Source: Eledone cirrhosa
Taxonomy: Eukaryota
Assembly (NCBI GenBank): GCA_964016885.1
Contig: OZ024747.1
Coordinates: 40,238,001-40,302,000, forward strand
Reading direction: 5' to 3'
DNA: 64,000 nucleotides
Shown here: piece by piece, positions 42,033-55,800 of the stretch
Position numbering within the stretch: position 1 is the stretch's first letter
Layout of the letters: the number at the start of each line of letters is the position of its first letter
Notes under the pieces: model-generated
The model's database searches: none
Told to the model about the DNA's origin: nothing
Seen by the model: the letters and a program-made list of their open reading frames with translations, nothing else
Translations under genes and position numbers: made by a program

Positions 42033-45000
42033 AATGACTTCTAGAGGACTAGAGCTGTTTCATTCATATGAAATCATCAGTAATGTCCTGCCTGTTGATT
42101 TCATATGAATGGAACAGTTCTGGTCCTATAGAAGTCATTTCTATATATAATAAAACTGTGGTTACCCCCCCCCCCCTCCCACGACACCACTCTGGAACCT
42201 AATTACCATACATATGTATATATATATATATAATATATATATATATATGTATATATATATGTATATTTGGTGCCACGCAGTAATACAGAAGACCCGCCTT
42301 CCCTACGTGCAATGTTAACCTACAGTCAGTAGGCTCCCTCCAAACCAAATATACACCCCAACTCACTGCCCCTATTCCATCCTTCCACTGCCGCCAACAC
42401 CACCCTTTCTCTGTAAAGTTATGTTGGTACCACAACATCCAGTTCAAACTAATGAGGTTGTGTAGGTGTCACGACAAAAAAAAACACACAGTCCACGCTG
42501 TAATGTGGTCGTGTAGGTAACATGGTAAAAAGCTTCCAGATGATGATGATGATAAATATGTGACTTTGTTACTACTTATGTTATATATTTTAAAGGACCC
42601 CATCGGTCACTAATGACCATTTTGCACTTAGAACCTTTCCCTTTGAAGCACAAACCTAGGCAAGGTTTCTTTGAGGAAGACCAGCTGTATCAGAATCCCC
42701 ACTCCATGCCACTGATGTTGTCAAAGGGAAAGGCAATGGCTAATACAGCTTGGCACCAGTGACGTCGCAACTCATTTCTACCACTGAGTGAACTGAGGCA
42801 ACATGAAATAAACTATCTTGATCAATGACACAATGCATCACCTGGTCCAAGAATCAAACTCACAACCTCTCAATATATATATATATATATGCTAGTAAAA
42901 CCCACCCACTAGTGCAAGAAGTGCAGTGGGAAGTCAGAGACTGCCATGTGTGGAAAAGTCTCTTTTAAACTGCAATGAACAGAACAACCTCACCTATTTA
43001 GGTAGTATAATGTAATGCACTTGATACCTCCGTAAAATGTTTGACAAACAAACCGAGTTCAAATAGAATAGAGAGAACCCTTTGATCTTGTTGAGGGTTT
43101 CACAACCTCTTTACTGCTGGTGCCAGATGAAATACACCTGGTACACTCTATAAATGTGGAATGTGGATATCCAGCCTGTCTTATCTCAGATCATGATGAC
43201 ATGTTCAATCCATGCCAATGTGAAAAATGAATGTAAAACGATGATGATGATGATGATGATGTTGATAATCAACTTTAGTTTTATTGATACCGACTGTATC
43301 AACTTTCAGATGAAAAGAATCAAAATGGATCTGAATACGATTTGAACAGTAAGATAAGCTAGATCTACTCAAGAATGCAATTTTACTTACTAATATTATA
43401 TCAGTCTAAATGTTCCATTAGACAAAATCACATTTCAATGAAGCTATGAATCTTACTTTGAAATTGGTCCCAATTTTAATGACATTTTTCTCCAGGATGT
43501 TATCCAGAGCTGGGTCAAGTTCTTCTTCTACATCTTCAATCAATAATGGTCGTCCAGAAGATAAACTATCTTCAAGATGGTTTCGGAAGTATTTGTGATT
43601 CAAAGATGTAACCTGTTCAAAAATAGATAGTATTTTTAGATAAGTAACTTAGAGTTATTTGGTTAGCATTCAGTGAATACTTACCTAACATATATATCAT
43701 CATCATCATTTTAAGTTCACTTTTCCTTGCTTGCAAGGGTAGGACAGGTCCTCTTCAGCTCAGCATCTCTCCATTTGTCATGGTCCTTTGTTATCTCTCA
43801 CCACCTTCACCCATGTTTTTTGTGATCTTCCTCTACTGTGTCTTCCTTCCACCAGGATTTCTTGACACTTCTTCACCCAGCGAGCATCTTCCATGCACAT
43901 CACATGTCCATACCAACACAGTCTTCTCTCCCGCACACTACAGTTTATCCGTCTTATACATAGTTTCACTCTCAACTCGTCTATGCTTGATCATTCACGC
44001 ACATTGACATTGCACATCCATCGGAGCATGCATGCTTCATTTCTCTCCAGCCATCACATATCCTCCGCAGTTGCTGCCCATGTCTCACTACCATGCAGCA
44101 TCGCGCATTTCACACAGGCATCATATAACTGACCTTTCATTCATAAGGAGAAACACTTCATTGTCAACATCCTCTGTTGACAATGAAGTGTTTCTCCTTA
44201 TGAATGAAAGCTCCCTAAACTACTTCCATCCTCCTCCTCTGCTAATCTGATCACCTAGGTATCGGAAGCTATCAACCACCTCTATAGATCCTACCTACAT
44301 TTGAAAAATGTGTCTATCACTGTGACTTCTACTATCAAATTTCCCTGAACATCTACTGCATATGAAGTTTTCCCTTCATGTTAGTTTATCTGCTATCCCA
44401 CTACACCTCTTGTGTACCCAAGATCTTTGTGTACATTCTATAGAGTTTATGCCAACTCCTTTTCTACATATCAAACATGGCCATTTCCCTGATGGAATCA
44501 GAGTTTTGTCCGCTTTCCTACTCATCAACATTTTAGTCTTTGCTAGTTTCACTCTCAGTCCTCTTGATTCTAACTGCTGTTTCCATAGTCAAAATTTATT
44601 CTGTAGCTCCTCGACTGATTCTGCTATAAGAACCAGATCGTCAGCATAGAGAAGTTCCCATGGACAGCAAGTCTTAAACTCCTCTGTTATAACTAGGAGA
44701 ACTATAATGAATAAGAGTGAGCTGAGGACCAAACCGCTATGAACTCCTACTTGTATCTGGAATTCCTCACTAAACTTCATTCTTACTCTCACTTTATTGA
44801 CAGCTCCTCTGTGCATAGCTTGCACTGTCCTCACAAGCCATTCCTCTACACCTAGTTTCCTTACGGACCACCAGATGACAGATCAAGTTACTCTATCAAA
44901 GGCCTTCTCTAGGTCAACAAAAGCTAAATATAGTGGCTTATTCTTCTCCAAGAACATCTCTTGTAGTTGTCTCACTAAGAAGAGGGCATATATATATAGA

Positions 45001-48000
45001 GAGAGATTCCTGCTGATTTCATAAGAATGAAATAGTTCTAGTCGTGTAGAAATCATTTATATTTATGTATATATTTATATTTGTTTTGCACGGTTTTTGA
45101 TATGAAATTGTGTATTGAAACAAATATTGTTATATTTGGGGAGAGTCATATTGTTATAATATTGCCAGAAATAATAATAAAACACTCTCACTGTTTGGTT
45201 TGGATTAGTTTTCACTTCTGTATCTTTTATATCTCCATATTTAATTAATAAGAACATTTAATAAAAGAGTTTGTATACCACAACAAATAGATGACGAAAC
45301 AGTGACACAGTTTACCATAGCTAGAAATAAACTTGGACAGGTAGTAGAACAATACACTTGGAGACAAAACAGACCAGAAATTCAACAACTTGAAAGAAAA
45401 CCTGCAGAGGGCCTACTTAGCCTCATGCGGCACACAAGGGAGGGTGAGGTAGTGTGTCTACCTACAGACATATCCGGTAGGATGTCAATAGACAGCATGC
45501 CAAACTACATCAAGGCTATGCAACCCCACATCATCAACACAAGCAAAACAACACCACAGACACATGAGGAAAGAGAAAAGATCATCAATGCTCACATGAT
45601 GGTGTGGACCAACATCCTACAACCAAGTAGATGCACAGCCAATAAGTTCCAAGCCTCTAACAATGACATACCATCCTTATATGACTATAAGACACCCTTA
45701 TATGACTATAACATTATAAGACAACTAACGACCCTACAACAAGACTTGTAGCGGAGCCAATATTGCCAGTAACTACAGGATCTCCTACTTCCTCTCTATG
45801 ATTATACGCCCCATAATTAAAATGTCCCCAGATATATGACAGCACAGAGGACCTCCTCAGTAGAATCAATGAATGGAACAACAACAAAAACTTAACAAAC
45901 TGCATAAAAGGCAGTATGGATGTAATATCCCTGTACCCATCCATTGACATTGATTTAGCTGTGGCAAAATGTGTGGAAATAATAATAATCAGTGAGAGTG
46001 AGGTAGAGTTCTGCAATATTGACACAGATGAACTACTTAGACTTGCTTATGAACTGAATACTTTGGTAATTATGACCTTAGTGGTTTCTGCCTCAGTAGG
46101 CCTATAAAAGGTAGACTCCCTCCCACCACCACCACCACCACCACCATAACCGCAATGGCTAAAAAGACTCCCACAGGAAGATGGAATGGATGGACCAAAG
46201 GCATATGGACACCCCAAAACAACGATCAGGTGAGAAAAATGGTCGCACATGCAGTAGGGGCTAATATTAAAACTACCCTAAAGGGCCACATGTTTAAATT
46301 CAATGAGAAAATCTACACCCAGTATGAGGGAGCAGCCATTGGCGTCAGCATAGCTGGCGATGTTGCCAATCTATTTATGGTATGGTGGGAAAGAAGACTC
46401 AGAGAACTCCTAGAAGAGAACTGCATAGCCCACATCATGTATTCTCGTTACGTAGACGATATCAATATAGTAATAAGAACACCCCTCACAAGAGAGTACT
46501 AACAAACCTGAACTAGAAATTAACACAATGGAGAGCATCCAGCAGATAGCTAACTCCATACACCAGAGCATAACTATAACTATTGACTACCCTTCCAAAC
46601 ACCCTAACAATAGACTACCAGTATTAGACATGGAACTCTGGTTAAACACTATAAACAAGAGGGCCCAAATTCTCCACTCACACTATGCTAAACCCATGGC
46701 CTCCAAATACCTATACTCAAAAACTCAGCAATGTCCAATAGTGCTAAGTTTAATATTCTAATCGCAGACTTGGTAAGAGTGATGAAGAATGTGCCCCACA
46801 TGTGCGACCCGACTGAAATGGAAAGATACAGCCAACACTTCATCAATCACATGCAGTTCTCTGGCTACAACCAAAGAGACAGAATCAGAGTATACAAAGG
46901 AGACACGGAGAAATATAAGACCCTCATAGAGATGGACATGAAAGAGATTTGCCCATTATACAGGAACAAATCATGGAATAGCTTATATAGGACTAAACAT
47001 AAGGTAGGGAAACCAGAGATATCAGAGTGTCATGTTCGTGGATGCTACCCCTGGAGGGAAATTAGCTAACCAATGTAGAAAGGCCCTAAGAAAGACCCAT
47101 CTAAAGATTAAAGTGGTAGAAAAGCCAGGAACTACCATAAAATCCCTGATCAGCAAAACATACCCCTTTAAGAAAACCCACTGTACAAATAAGAAATGTG
47201 TTATATGTAGAATGAATCATAGGAGAGAGAATAGACCAACACTGGGGGGGACTAAAAGGACAAAAAGACAGTTCGGTACTATATGAACATGCCAGACAAA
47301 GACATGATGGTAATATAGACAACATAGAAATTAAAATAATATCCAAGCACAGAAATGACTCAACAGGTAAACAAATCAGAGAAGCAACTGAGATAGAACT
47401 AAGAAAACCAAAGTTGAACAGAAAAAACGAATGGAATAACAGCATCAACAACCATACCCAAACACACAATACTGACTTAAGGTAAATATAAATAAATAAA
47501 TATACACAAGTACAATAACAACAAACACCAAAATACACACTAGTGAACAAGGATAGAATACAAACACAAACTCAAACACGAACACACACACCACACAGAA
47601 AACACACATGCAAATGCATGCGCAAACTGAGACAAAGACAAGAATAAATAAATTAATTAAATAAAAATGGCGTAGACATTACAATACAATGGGTGGAAAC
47701 ATAATAGTACCACTGATGATGTCACAGATGTGTGACAAAAGAACTTTGATAGACTATATATATATATTTATATCTGTATTTTTAATCATTGGTCAATCAA
47801 TGATAAACATTGAATCCCAGATAAATTAACTATGGAGATATAATAGATACAGAAGTGAAAGCCAATCCAAACCATACAGTGAGTGTGTTTTATTATTATT
47901 TCTGGCAATATTATAACAATATGACCCTCCCCAAATACGATATATATATATATATAGAGAGAGAGAGAGGGGGGTGCTTCAAACAAGTCAATAATATGAC

Positions 48001-49508
48001 AACCTCCTTAGTGCTGGTGCCATGATAAAATGCACCCATTACCCTCCCTCTGTAAAATAGTTGGTATTAGGAAAGGACATCCAGCATATAGAAACTATGC
48101 CAAAATGTATTGAAAAGAATCTTCAGCTATGTCCCGGACATGACAGCCTTTCTAGTGTTGGTGACAAGATAAGATACACCTAGTCCAATCTGTAAAGTGG
48201 TTGGTGTTAGAAAAAGAATATAGCTGTAGATAGAATCCCTGCTAAAGCTTGCAACATACAAAAAGGACAGTAACTCCAAATAATGAAATGACTCAGAGGG
48301 TGATGACCCATTCAGCATATGCTAGGATTTAAAGTAGAGAGGTGCTGGTGGTGTGTGTATATGTGTTTGTATATATGTTTTTAACACATTAGAAAATAAA
48401 AAGATGGATAGTGTGCACTGCATTATTCAGAATGATACATGGAATAATACATACCTGAAGCTCATTTTTCTTTTCTCTGTTTACAATCCAAGCTTTTCCT
48501 TGCCCCTGTGGGTCAATGAGAAGAGGAAAGAGAGCTGCTTTATTTACAATCAGTCCATTCTGTGTGGAAAGTTCATCGTTGGGGAGACCTTGTAAATTCC
48601 ATTCTGTAATTGTAGCAGGGTCCACTAACATGGCAATGATGTTTACTTTCTGGAGAAACAAGAAAAGGGTAAATAGTTATAATGATGACGGCACCAATGG
48701 TTATGATATTGATGTTGATGATGGTGATGGTTATAATGATGACGCCACCAATGGTTATGATATTGATGTTGATGATGGTGATGGTTATAATGATGATGGC
48801 ACCAATGGTTATGATATTGATGTTGATGATGGTGATGGTTGTAATGATGATGCCACCAATGGTTATGATATTGATGTTGATGATGGTGATGGTTATAATG
48901 ATGACGGCACCAATGGTGACAATATTGATGTTGATGATGGTGATGGTTATAATGATGATGGCACCAATGGTTATGATATTGATGTTGATGATGGTGATGG
49001 TTATAATGATGATGGCACCAATGGTGACAATATTGATGTTGATGATGGTGATGGTTATAATGATGACGGCACCAATGGTTATGATATTGATGTTGATGAT
49101 GGTGATGGTTATAATGATGACGGCACCAATGGTTATGATATTGATGTTGATGATGGTGATGGTTATAATGATGATGGCACAATGGTTATGATATTGATGT
49201 TGATGATGGTGATGGTTAATAATGATGACAGCACCAATGGTGACAATATTGACGTTGATGCTAATGATAATGATTGTGGTGGTGGGGGGAGGAAGAGGAG
49301 GGTGAAGGAGTGTGGAGGGATCAGGAGAACCTGTCACAAGCAATGAACAACACAGTTGGAAAAAGATGGAGCATCTTGGTGTTCCATGCTACCACACACC
49401 AAGATGATGATGATTGTCTATTAAACCATGGGAAAATGGTAATTAAATGATGATAGTAGTAGTAGTAATGGTAGCAGTAGTGATGGTGGTGGTGGTGGTG
49501 CGAGTGGC

Positions 49509-49548
<40 letters not shown>

Positions 49549-49598
49549 ATGGTAGCAGTAGTGATGGTGGTAGTAGTGGTGATGCTGGTGCTAGTGGC

Positions 49599-49651
<53 letters not shown>

Positions 49652-49688
49652 CAGTAGTGATGGTGGTGGTGATGCTGATGCTGGTGGC

Positions 49689-49720
<32 letters not shown>

Positions 49721-49778
49721 TGGTAGTCGTAGTGGTAGCAGTAGTGGTGGTGGTGGTGGTGATGCTGGTGCTAGTGGC

Positions 49779-49810
<32 letters not shown>

Positions 49811-52800
49811 CGGTAGTTGTAGCAGTAGTGATTGTGGTGGTGGTGGTGGTGGTGGTGGTGATGGCAGTAGTAGTAGTAAGTAGCAGCAGCAAGAGGATGA
49901 GGATGAGGCAAGGGGTTGGAGGTGAAGTTCAAAATTTTTTCCACATAACAACAACTTATCTTACAGGTGTAAATGGTATTTTAGCTTTGCTCATTTCCTG
50001 CTGCCAAGTCCTTATCAGTCTGTTGCGGAACTCCTGGTTATATGGTCCACTATAGGAAAGAAAACCTGTTGCCATCAGTACATTTCCAACCAGATTCTGT
50101 AGTTGCAGAGCAAAATCCTTGCTGGCAGCTGTCCAACGTATTTTCTCTCCACTTAGTCCTTCAATCAATGCTGTAGCATTGCCCATCTTTCTGCGACAAG
50201 CATCAGCATCATCAACAAGAGCCTTTGTAGATATGAAAGCAAGAGAAACAAGTGTAAATAGCACTACTGACAGAAGAGGTTCAACAAGAAAGATGTTATT
50301 TAATTTTAGTTTTGAATTAGTGTAAAAATTGTTAAAGCTGATCAAATTGATATCATGAAAGATGATATGTCATTGGGTTAGCAGTTGTTTAATTTGCACC
50401 CGTGTTTATACTGGATCTCTGGAAAATATAATTCTCAATGATACACCTTAGGTACTGTTTACTTAATGTATATACTTGAATACGAGTCGATCTGAATATA
50501 AGTCGATACCCCCCCCCCCCCCCCCCCCCCCCTCCCTTCCACCCCCCACTATTTTAAGTTTGAAAATTGAGCAAAAATCCAAACCCCATTTATAAGTTGG
50601 TGAAAATCGTCAAAATATTGACCCCAAATATATTTTACCATCAATTTTTTTTTTTTTGTCATATCTGCCTTGCCTAATATTTGAGTATAACTGGTATATA
50701 AGTAATGAGGGCAATGGAATATGTTTATACACTGCTTTCTCTAAAACATAGCAGGAAGTCAGCCAAATGTAGCATTAATTGATATATAATCAACTATAGA
50801 GTAAAAGTAATTTTGGGGGAGTTGAGCCTGAGACATAGCTTTGATTCTTAGCTGTATTCAGTATTCAATTAATATCACCTATATTGCTAATGCAGTGACG
50901 TAAACATTTTAACTCCAATTTCTCTGCCACGTAAACACTCCTTGAGAATCATTATGAGCTAGATACATTTTTTTAAACATATAAAATATTCTACAAAACA
51001 ATATATGCATTTTTTGTATAATGCTTAGTCAGAAAAGAAAAAGCAACACTCATGAACTTTCTCTAGGCCTCCAAGTCCAGTGGATGGAAGGAAGGTCTGG
51101 AAACCTAGTATGAGTGTTTTCAACAGAGTGAACTCTGATAAAGAAACCAAATACAGCGTTTTGGTGGTTAAACCTGCTCAAGTATTGTGTTTGCTAATCA
51201 CACTCATCACTAAATAAAAAGATTTTAATGCCAAACAGATTTGTCTGTGTGTATATATATGAGAGAGCGGCGGAGAGACAGAGAAACAGAGACCAGAAAG
51301 ACAGACAGAGACAGACATCTTGACAAACAGACAGACAGACAGAAGAGCAGAAAGTGGTGTTCACAAAAAGAACCCCAACATGAATTAATTACCTGCTTCT
51401 TCCTCATAGCTTCATCGTATATTGCCTGCACAACATCTAACTCCGCTTGCTTCTCATCCAATTGTGCTTGAGCTGTTGCAAGATCCAGGTTAGCTATCTT
51501 CAAACGAGCTTCTTGTGCAACTAAATTAGCCTATAAAGATAAAATATAGGTATATATTTCCCTTAGAGGATACTTTTAGCTCAGTAGGTAAGCAAAACTA
51601 TTATGTATGTAATGCATCAATATTATCCACTAATGTTTTTCTCTCTTCCCAAATAGACTGTGATTTGAGGATAGATTTAGCTGCCATTACTCGCAGTTGG
51701 TATGATTATGTAGAGGAAAATAGACTGTGATTTGAGGATAGATTTCGCTGCCATTACCAGCAATTGGTATGATTATGTAGAGGACTGTGATTTGAGGGAA
51801 GATTTCCTTGGGTGGATACATTTAGCTAAGTAGATAAGCAAAACTATTGTGTATGTAATGCATCAGTATCATCCACTGTTGTTGTCCTCTCTTTCAAAAG
51901 AAGGACAGGTATCCAAAACATTACACTTCTCTTTCTTTTTGCAGAAAAAAACATTTTCTATTTGTTTTAAGCTATATCTATTGTTGGTAATATTTGAAAT
52001 GTGAAGAGTATGTAGTTAACATACACTGTCATAAAGAGTATTGGTTACTTGTTATACAGAATATAAACCATGCGACAACTAGTGTTTTAAGGTCACTTTA
52101 CCTGCTATAAAACTGGGGTTAGCTTTTGGGCCACATGATAGATTTCAGGCTCACCATGAGGCCCATTTTAAGGCAATGCTTCACACCTATATGCCCTTTC
52201 TGGTGCCAACTCTTTTAGTTGCCTTTATGACAGACAAAGATACAGTGTATTTATTCTAAATCAAATATACATGGCAATTGTATATAGTATACCAAAAATA
52301 TTGGTATCTACATTATACTGGCATATTTGAAGAAATTGTTCAGAGGTGCAGACATACTTGTGTACTTACTAAATTCACTTTGCAACAATATGTGTGGCAC
52401 CTTATGCAAGTGTCTTCTAATAAAACTTCAGGTTGACCAATGCCTCATGAAAGAGGTTTGATAGATAGAAAATGCAGAAGCCTTTCATGTGTGTGGGCAT
52501 CTGTGTTTGCATGTGGATGTGAGTATGTGTGTGTTAGCATTTGTGTCTGTGTATGTGTGTCTATGTCCCCTAACTTTGTGGTTGGACAAAACGAGATCAA
52601 TAAATTAAGCTTCACAATTTGCATTGAGAGCTTATCATAATATGACTGAAGGGTCCTCTTAAACCCTTTAGCATAGTTTCTTCAGCTGGAAGCCTTTCTT
52701 AATACCAACCACTTTACAGAGTGTAATGGGTGTTTTATTATAACACCAGCACACAGGATCAAAACCAATGATAAACAATACCATTTATCTTTTAATGAAA

Positions 52801-55800
52801 AGAATACAAAATTACATTTCTCAGAAAATAATTGTTTCTACTTTTGGCACAAGGCCAGCAATTATCCCAGTGTATTACTGGTACTTTATTTTATCGACCC
52901 TGTAAGGATGAAAGGCAAAGTTAACCTCGACGGGATTTGAATTCAGAATGGTGGCAAGGGCCGTAACTCTATGCCTGAAAGCATGGCGTCCAACCCTCTA
53001 CCGACACTTCCAATCCAGTCCTCATTTCTCAGAAAATAATTGTTTCTATTTTTAGGCACTAGGTCAGCAATTACCCAGTACATTACTGTTACTTTATTTT
53101 ATCAACCCCGTAAGGATGAAAGGCAAAGTTAACCTCAGCGGGATTTGAACTCAGATCATAAAGGGACGTAACTCTATGCTTCAAAGCATGGTGTCTGACT
53201 CTCTACCGATACTGCCAATCAATGATACTTACTTTTAAAGGCAAAACCTCTTTGTTAACACTAAAAAATAAAGCCATTGCACAAGTCCAAGACAAAAGTC
53301 CAGCAACATCACCACATACTTTTTTGGCTGTCTCAAATGAATAGTCTTCCATTTTCAGATAAATGTTCATTAATTCAACAGTTTCACTGTTTATACTATC
53401 CTAAAATCACATAAATGAAAGTATGATTACTACGTTTAAATGTTTGTGCGTGTGTGAGAGAGAGAGAGAGAGAGGGGGGGGGGAGAGCATGTGCGAGTGC
53501 ATGCATATTAATATGAAGCTAGAAGCAGAAGCCAAATATCTCTCAACACACACAACCTTCTTCTTCTTCTTCTTCTTCTTCTTCTTCTTCTTCTTCTTTT
53601 ACTTCTGCTTCTTCCATTTATTCTTAGGAGGATCATGGGGGCAAAGTCATCAAATCAAGCAAGCCTTCCACTGGATATTGTCAGAAGCAACCATCTCCTA
53701 TTGATCTGGTTGTAGTCCCAAGCTAGACCAGCCGAACTCATAGATGTTATCCAACCATCTTGCTTGGGGTCTACCCCTGGGTCTCTTGCCAGGTGTTCAT
53801 GCCCATAAAATCTGTCCCCTGATTCTTTCCTTAAACATTCTGACCATATGTCTGTGGTATCAGAACTGTGATATCACAATTCAGTGTAGTGGTTCTACCT
53901 GGGTTGAATCTCTGATCTCCATACTATGCACTCAACAGAGTAAAATTACTCTAATGACCCTCAGGAGAAACTGAATTTTGTCCTCTTGTATTTGTGTTCA
54001 TATTCTTTCAGTTATTACCCAAGATTCATGACCATAGGTAAGAGTTGGCAAAAATACTGAATTAAAGATAGTGAGGTTGGCTTTTGTACCTACCTCCCTT
54101 CTTCTGATGACCGAATTACTGCACCAGCTCCTGCAATTATTGCACTTAATTTAGCCTCCTGCTTTCTTTCATAGGTGAAAACAGTCCCAAGATACTCATA
54201 TCTACCAACTTATTAGAACAAGGGCATATGAGATATTGCTGTCTGAGACAAACCAATCTCAAAAGATGAGATACCCACAGGTAGAAATACTTTGATCACA
54301 GATATGCTTGATCAAGACATAAAGATAAACAAGAACAACGACAACAAAAAGATAAGTCATCATCAACATTTTACGTCCACTTTCCTTGCTACCAAGGGTT
54401 GGACGAATCTACATAGACCAAGTCAGTACTGAAGTGGGGCTACTGACCTCCCAGATAATATGAGAGGGTCTGTATCCCACTTATGTATGGTCATATAAGT
54501 TCAAAGGAGTTGGCATGTCTTTTGACACAGACTGAATGGTCTTCTTAACCCCTTATTTGGCAAACTTTCTACAGCTGGATGTCTTTCCTCATACCAACCA
54601 TTTTACAATGTGTAAATTATATCCATATATAATTGTGACTCTTCAGATTTTCTATCATATATGCTACAATAAGGAAATGGAGTTAACCATTTAGTATTCA
54701 CATTACTCTATATATACTATTATATTTTCATGGTAAAGGCTTTACCTCACATAATTATCTCACATAATATCGAATCTATGAGATTTTGAAAGTATTTATT
54801 TTGAGAACAATACCTTAACATCAGTTTGAGCGACCAGTTACAGCCAGTTTCAATAGAAATGGTAGAGAATTCTGGCTGGTTTGGGCCAGTTTGAACATTA
54901 AAGAGTTAACAGTACATCAGAGATCACTAGTACTTGAAGGAATTATGAATGAAATTATTGCTCAAACCACAGTATGTAAATATTTCATTTATTTTCAAAC
55001 AGCAATTGAAGAAAATATTGTTTTCAGATTCATATAAACTAGCTTAGTCCAAAAGATGACTAATATGTAAAATTCTTTGTCTTGAAAACTGGCCCTTGTT
55101 TTATGGTACAAATCTACTTATTTTAAAGTCTTTGCATCTAAACTAAAACCTTCCAACATAATTTTAACTGAGAACCACCGCACCGGTCGCCATCGAGAAT
55201 TCAGGCATACTTGGATCCCATACAGCCGAGCTCCTCTGCAAGATCAGAAAGGAGGCAGCTTGTCTGAGGAGGGAGCTCCGAAAAGTTGGGTGGCTGTTGC
55301 AGCGAGTGTCACTGGCCATTGTCCGCAGGAATGCTTTTGAGGCTTTGTCAGCGGGGCACAGCCATTGTCACCATGCCAAAACACCCTCCCCCTTCACCCC
55401 TCCCCTCTCTTCTGTGACACTAGCGTTATTGCCATCCCCTCCCTCCCCTTCCTGTTTTTTTTCTTTTTTTCACTCTTTCTCTTTTTTCTCTATATTTTCA
55501 TATTCCTTTTTTCTTTTGTTTCCTTTTCTTTTTTTTATTATTGTTGTTATTATTGTTGTTATTATTATTATTATTATTACTGTAAATAAGAATTAATATT
55601 TGTTAAATAATGTTTCAAACATCTGCTTCAGAATAAAGATGCATTGCTAAATTCGTTAAATGTTTTTAATTTTCTCATAAATCAAAACGTGTAGAACTTT
55701 GCCTGCAAGCTTGTAACAGATGAACTGTTGTTGTAAGACCTTTACTACAGATTTGTTATTGAACTGCTCAGCAGAGAAGGCACTTCCCGTGAGGCAGGTA

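Noticed and set aside
48516-49346. 276 aa Asp/Gly-rich repeat ORF resembling a Ca-binding or biomineral protein
   Set aside because: It is the 54 bp minisatellite, open in several frames and antisense to a dynein exon; no splice or expression evidence
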